A DNA stretch of 55,362 nucleotides from a virus (Duplodnaviria; Caudoviricetes): positions 1-55,362 of IMG/VR virus record IMGVR_UViG_3300006734_000009; one strand, written 5' to 3'. The stretch's first letter is position 1. The number at the start of each line of letters is the position of its first letter. Both the position numbers and the translations under genes were made by a program. A model generated the notes under the pieces. That model worked only from the letters and a program-made list of their open reading frames with translations, ran no database searches and was not told the DNA's origin. Of the stretch, positions 32,645 through 40,880 are shown in pieces.

Positions 32645-35128
32645 ATGTATGAAGAATACCCTAGTGAGGAAGAAAGTAGAACGATGAATTTTGGAGAGGG
32701 TGATATTGAAGAACTCTCCGGTAATAGTCTAGCAGATGAGGTTAGGGGTTCTAACGACCCGAACCAACTTATTGAAGAAGAGGGTGGTTTTAACACCGTT
32801 GCCTACTACAACTCCGTGGGTGCTTTAATTCACGGAATTGAATTTGTTGAACTTGCGGACTTCCCAAGAACCGCTACTTACACCGTTGGAGAGGGTGGAA
32901 CCGAAAGTGGTAATTTCTACGAACGGGGTAAAATGATTTACGATTTAGTTAATGGCTCGCAGGAAATTAACAATATGCCTGCATCATACCAACTGAGGGA
33001 AGCAGAAGCAAACGACTTAGCGGAACTTAACCCGTTGGTTGAAGCCCTCTTTGAAAGGATTAGAAATTTTCTTGGTGGGGAAGAAGAAATTCCCGTTAGA
33101 GAAAACCAATTTAAGCAATTGGCTGAAAAGATTACCATTAGAGATATTAAATCTCTTCGGGGAAAGAATGAAGTCTATGAATATTGGGAAAAATACTACA
33201 ACGCGTTTATGAACATAAAGCCACTAAATGTTTCTTTGACTGATGAGGTAGCAAGTGAATTTAATTCAATATTTAAAAAGGTCAAAATCCCCTGTATCGT
33301 GATTCAGCACACTGATGCTAATTTTGAGCAAGAGGGTGGAAGATTTGGGCTTATGAGAATGGCAAACGAAATTCTAATGGGCAACATGGGAATGACCCCT
33401 AGTCAAGAATACCAATCATTTTTCAGGGAAGATTTTACCATTTCTTCCGATACCGATAGGGCCGCTAGTGCTGATGGACAGGTAGGAGAAGAAACCGGTC
33501 GCACAGGATATATTGATGTTAAAGTAAAAGACAACATTGATGATATAGAAATGGTTATGGAATCTTTGGACCCCCTTACCTTTTTAAACTTGACCGATGA
33601 GGGTATTATTTATTTGGGTCCGGAGGGAGAGACAATTGCTGAACTTAAAAATAAAATTTTATCATACCTTCCTCAGGAGTATAATAATTTAAGCCCCACC
33701 GCTCTTGGTTATTTGGCTGATGCGGTAGAGGAGGCCATCAATGATTATGTCTCACTGGTTGACAAGAAAGAGAAATACTTCTTACCGATGCTCGATAATC
33801 ACATCACGGAGATGAATAAAATCCCTATTGCTGGCGGCTACACTTTTACTTATTACACCATAAAGGTGGTTCCCATCACTGGAGAAGAAGAGGGAGAAGT
33901 CGGCACTATGCCCGACTTTGCCCGATTACAGGCACAGCAGGAAGCCCTTGACGCCGATGAAAATATTACCCACCAAATTATTTTTGAACTTAAACAGGAA
34001 CCAGCCGAGGTCGGTTATTCTACTTTGGTCGGAAATATGAATGATGCGGTAGAAACCCTTTTAGGGGTTATCAATAAAAATATGGTTTCCGGAAAAAAGA
34101 AACGATTCATTCAAAATGTTCCAAAGGCCGAGGGTGGACCTTCTTCTGCTGGTAGTGGACAAAGGGGGGCTTTAGGTGCTAGATACCCAAGTATGCCCGG
34201 TTCTCTTGCTTCGCTTGAGAGTAATATTGGACTTGACCCATTGTTAGATTTAATCTATAAACTATTTGTTGAAGATATTGACTTTAGATATTTCTTCAAT
34301 AAGGACTATCCCGAGTTCACCACTAAGGGTAATTATGTTTCGTTTAAGTCCGCCTACGCCTCTTCTAAGAATAAAAGGGGAACTGCCCTATCAAGACAGG
34401 TTGCTCGTTTCCCGTTCACAGCAATTGATGAAGAGGAATTAAGGGCTCTCAACAATCTTTTCGGTAGACTAAGAAAGGGTTCCACGGCCCGTATTGGAGA
34501 ACTAATTAAGCAAGCAGAAAATACCATTCAGCCGTTCCTCCTGTTAAACCTCTCGCTGGAGTCTAACAGAGCAGACAAAACCCGCCTACAAAAAGAAATT
34601 ACAGACTCTTTGGGTAGAATTATCTACGAGTTTTCTGCCATGCAGGGCAGGGAAAGACTAACGGAGTTTGTTTTTGCTGGTAAGCAAATCCAAGAATACG
34701 CTAATAGTGAAATTGTAGACTCGCATATTAATATCCTGCCCGAGTTAGAAAACGAGGACTTTTTACAAACTCTAAACGACGACGAAGCCGCTCTCGTGAA
34801 GAGTATCAAGAGAAAGATTACAGGGAATTTCCTTCGTGATATTCTCAACACTAACGATTCTACCGATATTGAAAACTCCCTGTTGAAGGCCGTAGACATC
34901 ATGCGGCAATCTAACGGTATCTCAGTATACCGAGCGCACTTGGACTTGGCTAACATTGAAGATGTTATCACGGTATCGGATTTAATTAGAAAGGAGGACA
35001 GGGTGGACCTCTACGCTCAAGATATGGAAACCATTCTTAACTCTCCGGGTAAAACTTTTGACGAGTTATCTGTTCAGTTGGGAGTTAGCAGGGCAGTTAT
35101 TTACAAGGTTAGGGGGCTATTCCGTTGA
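32645..35128 (+). CDS. Large hypothetical protein with C-terminal HTH-like motif
   Basis: 827 aa; KTFDELSVQLGVSRAVIYKVRGLFR. Confidence 0.7.
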   Translation: MYEEYPSEEESRTMNFGEGDIEELSGNSLADEVRGSNDPNQLIEEEGGFNTVAYYNSVGALIHGIEFVELADFPRTATYTVGEGGTESGNFYERGKMIYDLVNGSQEINNMPASYQLREAEANDLAELNPLVEALFERIRNFLGGEEEIPVRENQFKQLAEKITIRDIKSLRGKNEVYEYWEKYYNAFMNIKPLNVSLTDEVASEFNSIFKKVKIPCIVIQHTDANFEQEGGRFGLMRMANEILMGNMGMTPSQEYQSFFREDFTISSDTDRAASADGQVGEETGRTGYIDVKVKDNIDDIEMVMESLDPLTFLNLTDEGIIYLGPEGETIAELKNKILSYLPQEYNNLSPTALGYLADAVEEAINDYVSLVDKKEKYFLPMLDNHITEMNKIPIAGGYTFTYYTIKVVPITGEEEGEVGTMPDFARLQAQQEALDADENITHQIIFELKQEPAEVGYSTLVGNMNDAVETLLGVINKNMVSGKKKRFIQNVPKAEGGPSSAGSGQRGALGARYPSMPGSLASLESNIGLDPLLDLIYKLFVEDIDFRYFFNKDYPEFTTKGNYVSFKSAYASSKNKRGTALSRQVARFPFTAIDEEELRALNNLFGRLRKGSTARIGELIKQAENTIQPFLLLNLSLESNRADKTRLQKEITDSLGRIIYEFSAMQGRERLTEFVFAGKQIQEYANSEIVDSHINILPELENEDFLQTLNDDEAALVKSIKRKITGNFLRDILNTNDSTDIENSLLKAVDIMRQSNGISVYRAHLDLANIEDVITVSDLIRKEDRVDLYAQDMETILNSPGKTFDELSVQLGVSRAVIYKVRGLFR

Positions 35129-36468
35129 AGAAGGAATTGGGAACTGACGCTAAGGGGAACTATCTCCCCTTGAGAACGGATGATGAAGGTCGTCCGGTTA
35201 GTCCCGATACCTACATTGATGATAAAATTTATTCCGAAGAAGAAATGGTTAGTCTGTTTAGGAAGGTTAATCCCGGTAGGAAAACTAGAGCAGAAATGAC
35301 GGATTTCTTTCCCCCGTTGACGGGACAAGACGCTGATGGTTATTTTATTATGTTTGACCGAGCAAACCCACTTGGAGGAGAACCCCTACCTGTTGGTCGG
35401 GTGGGGTGGAAATATTTACCGGAGCATAAATTATATCTCACCACTGGAATTAAGGTGGTTCCAATGTATCGGGGAATGGGTTTGTCTCGCTCGTTGTGGC
35501 AGAAAAGAGATTCTGCGATTATTAAGAATACTCCTGCTATTGGTATGGCTAGTAATTTCTCGGAGAGTTGGATTAAGTTAATTCAGTCGGAGGGCTGGAA
35601 AATAGACCCTCCGGTGGAGTCCTTACCGGAAAGTATTCAAGACGAGGTTAGAGAAACCATTGAGGGAGAGAAGCCTCGCCGGTTAATTAGTAAGAATATT
35701 GATATGGCTATGAAAAAGGCTTGGGAGGTTTTGAAAATGCCTAAACCATACAGAGGCCCGGATATTAGAAACGAAGCACAATATGAAGCGGCTTCTTTAG
35801 AGGGAAGAATGTTATGGCATAATAACCAAGCAAACGGATATGATTACAGGTTAAGGGCTTTACGGACTAATCATAGCGTAGAACTAACAGACACAGAAAA
35901 CTTAATTTATCAAGAAATGAAATATTACCAAGACATGAGGGCCTTTCACAATAGGCAAGCACAAAGATTAAGGAGATGCCTTGAATTGGGAAAAAAGGAA
36001 TGTAATGATTATTATTCTCAAGAGTTAGAAGGAGATAATAGAAGACAAACAAAATATAAAACTACCCCTACGGGAAAATTAGACCCTTATGTAGAATTAT
36101 CATTAGAAGCCTATAATGATTTAACTAATAAACAAAAAGCAAGGTATCATGCAGGTATGGCCCAGTATAAAGACACTAACTTCCATAACAGAATGTATCA
36201 AAGATTACACTATAACATAAACCTTCCTACTTTTCCTTCGCCTAAATATGGTGGAGAATCCTTTACAGGTAAAGAATATACAAAGGAAGAATATTTAAAT
36301 ATGGATAAAAACAATAAACGAAAATATCACGCTATGATGAAAGGTAGATTTGAAAAGGAAGGAGATATTGAATTATATAAATGGCATAATAAAATGTATA
36401 GTCGGCTTATTCGTGATAAAGGTTCACCAACATATTTCTCACCCGAACACCAACAGGAGGAAGAATAA
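35125..36468 (+). CDS. GNAT-like domain fused to His/Tyr repeat domain
   Basis: IKVVPMYRGMGLSRSL (acetyl-CoA motif A); internal AWEVLK; repeats Y..K.RYH..M / FH.RMY.RL..PT..SP. Confidence 0.6.
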   Translation: MKKELGTDAKGNYLPLRTDDEGRPVSPDTYIDDKIYSEEEMVSLFRKVNPGRKTRAEMTDFFPPLTGQDADGYFIMFDRANPLGGEPLPVGRVGWKYLPEHKLYLTTGIKVVPMYRGMGLSRSLWQKRDSAIIKNTPAIGMASNFSESWIKLIQSEGWKIDPPVESLPESIQDEVRETIEGEKPRRLISKNIDMAMKKAWEVLKMPKPYRGPDIRNEAQYEAASLEGRMLWHNNQANGYDYRLRALRTNHSVELTDTENLIYQEMKYYQDMRAFHNRQAQRLRRCLELGKKECNDYYSQELEGDNRRQTKYKTTPTGKLDPYVELSLEAYNDLTNKQKARYHAGMAQYKDTNFHNRMYQRLHYNINLPTFPSPKYGGESFTGKEYTKEEYLNMDKNNKRKYHAMMKGRFEKEGDIELYKWHNKMYSRLIRDKGSPTYFSPEHQQEEE

Positions 36469-37886
36469 TGGACCTACTAACAGAGATGGATATGAAAGCC
36501 TCCAAAGGCAACTTTGAATATTTCTTCACTAAGGTTCTAGGTTTTGAAATGGCCCCCTTCCACAGGGAATGGCTAGAGCGTGTTAAATCCACCCAACGCA
36601 CCGTTACAATTTGTTCACGGGACCACGGTAAATCAGTTTTCTTCCATTCGTGGTGCGTGTTCCAATTGTGTTTCCAAGAACCCCCATACGAAATTATCTA
36701 CATTTCCTCTAACCAAAAACAAACAATGGTTCACATGAAGGACATTGACAGAATGTTTTCTACCATTCCCGCCTTGAAGAAGTTCAAACCTAAACAGGGT
36801 TGGGCCGTTGGCCGAATGGAATTAACCAATGGGAACCGCATCGTTGAAAGGTCGGTTGGTTCTCAAATCCGTGGACTCCACCCCGATGAAATTATCATTG
36901 ACGACCCGATGAAGGAGTTCTCTATGACCGCCATCCAGCGAGTAGCAGATTGGTTTTGGGGAGATATGATTCCTACCCTTCACCACACCTCCTCTTTGAG
37001 AATGATTGGAACGCCCTTCACCTACACGGATATATTCGCTGAATTAGAGGAAAACACCGAGTATGATGTGAAGCGTTATCCCGCCATCAATCAAGCAGGT
37101 GAAGCACTTTGGCCCTCCCGTTGGGATATTGATTCGCTGGACCGACGCAGAAGAGAAATTGGTTCTTCCAAGTTCACAAGAGAATACCTTTGCATTCCTA
37201 TTTCTTCTAACACAATGTTGTTTGGAAAAGAGCATGTGGAGAAAGCAAAAGACCGCACTTCTTCCCTACAATACTACGGAAACAACGAAGCATTCAAATA
37301 CTACATAGGCTACGACCCATCTATGAGCATTAACGGAGACTACACCGTTATGATTGTTCTTGAGGTGGACGAGGAGTTAAACAAAAAGGTCGTTCACATG
37401 GTTCGGGAAAAGAACATGGACTTCCGTTCACACATTACCCGCATTACCGACCTATGCCAAAGATTCTCACCTGAAATCGTAATGATTGAAACGAACACCT
37501 TCGCTAAGTCTTTCGCTATGGAACTGCGAGATATTTCCGACTTTCCCGTAAAGGAGTTCACTATGAGTAGGAAGAAGAAAGAAGAAATCATTCTTAACTT
37601 GCAGATGAATTTTGAGAACAATAAAATTTTCCTGCCGTATCAAAAGGACGAGGACAGAAAGGTTTCTAATATCATCGTGCAAGAACTAGAGGCTTTCGGT
37701 ATTGGAAACAACGGAAGAATCGAAGGGCTGGGCGCACACGACGACACCGTTATTGCTTTGGCGTTGGCTAATTACGCTACAAAAACATTTACAGACACAT
37801 TTATTGAAATTGAGGACTCAGGTATTTTTGCCACTAGCGGTCCGACCATGAATCTAGGAGGTGGAATTTTTGGTATTAATTATTAG
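36468..37886 (+). CDS. terL: Terminase large subunit
   Basis: Walker A SRDHGKS, IRGLHPDEIIIDD Walker B, IGTP, RNase H IGYDPS..DYT, HDDTVIALALA. Confidence 0.95.
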   Translation: MDLLTEMDMKASKGNFEYFFTKVLGFEMAPFHREWLERVKSTQRTVTICSRDHGKSVFFHSWCVFQLCFQEPPYEIIYISSNQKQTMVHMKDIDRMFSTIPALKKFKPKQGWAVGRMELTNGNRIVERSVGSQIRGLHPDEIIIDDPMKEFSMTAIQRVADWFWGDMIPTLHHTSSLRMIGTPFTYTDIFAELEENTEYDVKRYPAINQAGEALWPSRWDIDSLDRRRREIGSSKFTREYLCIPISSNTMLFGKEHVEKAKDRTSSLQYYGNNEAFKYYIGYDPSMSINGDYTVMIVLEVDEELNKKVVHMVREKNMDFRSHITRITDLCQRFSPEIVMIETNTFAKSFAMELRDISDFPVKEFTMSRKKKEEIILNLQMNFENNKIFLPYQKDEDRKVSNIIVQELEAFGIGNNGRIEGLGAHDDTVIALALANYATKTFTDTFIEIEDSGIFATSGPTMNLGGGIFGINY

Positions 37887-39249
37887 TAAGGAAGAAATCA
37901 ATACAGAAGAATTGAGAACTAAACTTGAAGAACTTGAAGAGGCCAAGAGGGTGAAGGATGAAAAAGAAGAAAGTGTTCGCGCAGTGGCCGATGGAGATAA
38001 ATTTATGGCATCATGGCTACAATATCAATGTCACGACGAAACCGAAGTTATTAAGGACATTTCCAACAACCTAAAAATTAACTTCACGGAGGCAAGAGAA
38101 TACCTTGCTAAGATGCCCGAGGAACTCCTTATTGAAGAAAAAACCATTCCCGAAGTAGTGAAAGAACTCCGCCACATGAGAAGAACCCTCAAGGGTAAAA
38201 CCCGTGAGAAGATGGCCTCAACAATTAACCATTTGATTAAGGCATATACTGAGCATTTGGATAACTCGCTGGACTCCATTTATTGGCTTCGTCCGTTTAA
38301 GAAATCTGTTAGAATGCTCACGCCGGACATTAGAATGATGAAGAAACTCTACCACATCAAGGATGGAGAAACAAGACAAACTATTATTGACAACCTAGTG
38401 AAGATGTGGGAGGCGGATATTGAAAAGTCCTCGCTAGACTACGGGGAGGATTACAACTCCGCAGTAATTAAATTCAAGTCTTCCAAGAAAGCAGTGAAAG
38501 AAATCCTAAAGGGTATTTCTCACCAATCAATTAGAAAGCCCCGTCAAGAGGTTTTGGAGGACATACTAGTAAAGACTATTTGTAATAACCCCGGAATTAC
38601 TAGCAACACCATTCATTCAATGTTGCCCTCTTCCTATCATCGGTCCACCACCCCCCAAACGATTTCAAAAATGTTAAAGAAGGTTAAAGCAATTAATGTT
38701 AACGGTGAGTATTACATCTTTAGTGATGCCATTAAAAAAGACCTTTACTCTTATGTAGCGGGCTTTATTGATTCGGACGGCTATATCACAATGGATTCAA
38801 AATACGCTCCCCGTGTGGGAATGATTGCTACGGGGGACCGAGGCAAGGCTTTTTTCAAGGAGATGGAAAACCAATTAAAAATTGGCCGCCTACATCTTGA
38901 CCAAAAGGTGGGCGAGAACAACCGAAGTCAGCACCGGTTGAATTTTTACAGCCAAGGAGACATCTCTAAACTTTTGGATAAGACCATTCCTCACCTCCGA
39001 ATGAAGAAGGTGCAGGGTAAGTTAATACAAGAGGCGATTATGATTAAGCAAAACTTCGCAAAGGAAGAATGGGCCAAACCCCGTCTTGAAGAAATTTTTA
39101 GACTGATTAAGTGGGAAAACTGGAAGGATGCCGCCAATAAGGTGGAACTCCAAAAGTATAATATACAAGAAGAGGATATTATCAAATACAGAGAGAACTC
39201 CCGTTGGGAATATATGACCGGCGGCGACACTATTTCTAAGGAGGATTGA
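37861..39249 (+). CDS. Coiled-coil/wHTH/LAGLIDADG endonuclease-domain protein
   Basis: YVAGFIDSDGYI motif; preceding ICNNPGITSNTIHSML..TPQTISKML wHTH. Confidence 0.8.
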   Translation: MEFLVLIISKEEINTEELRTKLEELEEAKRVKDEKEESVRAVADGDKFMASWLQYQCHDETEVIKDISNNLKINFTEAREYLAKMPEELLIEEKTIPEVVKELRHMRRTLKGKTREKMASTINHLIKAYTEHLDNSLDSIYWLRPFKKSVRMLTPDIRMMKKLYHIKDGETRQTIIDNLVKMWEADIEKSSLDYGEDYNSAVIKFKSSKKAVKEILKGISHQSIRKPRQEVLEDILVKTICNNPGITSNTIHSMLPSSYHRSTTPQTISKMLKKVKAINVNGEYYIFSDAIKKDLYSYVAGFIDSDGYITMDSKYAPRVGMIATGDRGKAFFKEMENQLKIGRLHLDQKVGENNRSQHRLNFYSQGDISKLLDKTIPHLRMKKVQGKLIQEAIMIKQNFAKEEWAKPRLEEIFRLIKWENWKDAANKVELQKYNIQEEDIIKYRENSRWEYMTGGDTISKED

Positions 39250-39251
39250 TT

Positions 39252-40880
39252 ATGGGTTTAAGAGACAGTCTTAGAAATTTGGTTCGTAGAAGGACTCCTA
39301 CGCCCGTGAATGATGAAGTCTATAACATGGGTATTCAAGAACGCCGACAACCACAACACTACGCTGGTAAGTATCTTTACCAAATGGCTCAAAATTCAAC
39401 TGTTGTAAGGACCTGTCTTGTTCAATTAAAAACTGAAATTTTCCGCCGAGGCTACGAATGGGTAAAGGCTTTTGATTTGAAGTGCGGGAACTGCGGATAT
39501 GAACACCACAAAGAAGTAGACGAATGTTCCAATTGTGGTTCCACAGAATTGAAAAGACCGGACCTCACACAAAAACTATACGCACATGACTTCTTTGAGG
39601 GGTATGTTAATTCTTCACACCAAATGTTTATTGATGTTTTGAAGGAGTTAGAAACCGATATGAATATTATTGACGACGCTTATTTAATCTTAGTAAAGGA
39701 CTATTACTTGGATAAGAACGGTGAAATCATTATGTCAAAGGTTAACGAGATTTACCGAGGAGACCCCACAGTTCTTCACATTGAAGTAGACGAGGATGGG
39801 GACCGAGGACAATCCCGCTACACCTGCATTACCCATAGAGATTTTGTGAGTGAGGATAAATACGATAAATGCGGTATTTGTAATTGCTCCTTGCACCCAA
39901 TTGAATTCGTTAATAAGTCCGGAAACCAAGAACAAAACTACATCGTGGGGGAGGTTGTTCATTTTAGTAAATATTCTCCCTCCCGGCTTTACGGACACCC
40001 TCCCGTCATCACACTATTTAATCACATTTTTACCTTAACGGCTATGGAGAATTATATCAGCACCCTGTATACTAAGGCTAGAACCCCAAGAGGTATTCTA
40101 GCGGTGCAGACAAATAACATGGAATCTTTAGTTAAGTATTGGAAAGGCGTGAAGGAAAAGTTAGAAAGAGACCCCCACTACACCCCTATTATGGGTATTG
40201 AAACTGAGGGCGGTTCACGAGGCTCGGTTGAATGGGTTCCGTTCACAAACACCATTAAGGAAATGGATTACATCAATGTAAAGGATGACTTGCGAACGAG
40301 GATTTCTTCCTTTTATGGGGTTAGTAATATTTTTACCGGCGATACCACTACTGGTGGTGGTCTTAATAACGAGGGTATGCAAATTCTTGTAACCAATCGT
40401 GCTGTTGAAAAGGCGCAAAATGTTTATAACAAGTATATGTTTCCGTTCTTAATGAAGCAGTTTGGTATTACTGATTGGAAGGTTCAACTTCTCCGTAGTG
40501 AGGAAGAGGATGAAATTGCTAATATCCGCCGAAGAGAAATGGAACTACAACTTGCTATTCAAATGAAGAATCTAGGGTTTGAGGTTGATATGAACGAGGA
40601 CGGGGACTTTGTTTTCAAGAAATACCCCGCTAAGGAATTGGTTGATGTTGATGTTGAATCCGATGGTAAGATGATAGAAACTGACCCCTATGCGGGAACA
40701 AACATTGACCAATCCCAATTAGGACAACTTCAAGAACAGGCATTAATGACCGGAAACACCAAAGCGCAGGTGGCGGGAGAAACTTCTATGGAGAGGGGTC
40801 CTCCGAAGAGATTTAGTGGTCTACCAAAAGAAGCAGGAAATAACAATGTGGACAGCCGAACAGAAAGGAGGATTCCATGA
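39252..40880 (+). CDS. Portal protein with Zn-ribbon insertions
   Basis: Position after terL; DDAYLILVK, EVVHF..SPSRLYGHPP, ISSFYGVSNIF; inserts CGNC..CSNC and CITH..CGIC. Confidence 0.88.
   Translation: MGLRDSLRNLVRRRTPTPVNDEVYNMGIQERRQPQHYAGKYLYQMAQNSTVVRTCLVQLKTEIFRRGYEWVKAFDLKCGNCGYEHHKEVDECSNCGSTELKRPDLTQKLYAHDFFEGYVNSSHQMFIDVLKELETDMNIIDDAYLILVKDYYLDKNGEIIMSKVNEIYRGDPTVLHIEVDEDGDRGQSRYTCITHRDFVSEDKYDKCGICNCSLHPIEFVNKSGNQEQNYIVGEVVHFSKYSPSRLYGHPPVITLFNHIFTLTAMENYISTLYTKARTPRGILAVQTNNMESLVKYWKGVKEKLERDPHYTPIMGIETEGGSRGSVEWVPFTNTIKEMDYINVKDDLRTRISSFYGVSNIFTGDTTTGGGLNNEGMQILVTNRAVEKAQNVYNKYMFPFLMKQFGITDWKVQLLRSEEEDEIANIRRREMELQLAIQMKNLGFEVDMNEDGDFVFKKYPAKELVDVDVESDGKMIETDPYAGTNIDQSQLGQLQEQALMTGNTKAQVAGETSMERGPPKRFSGLPKEAGNNNVDSRTERRIP

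Noticed and set aside
36468-40880. Group I intron or intein carrying the LAGLIDADG ORF inside terL or portal
   Set aside because: TerL and portal are each complete and uninterrupted; no intein C/S...HN ends were seen in TerL or RNR.
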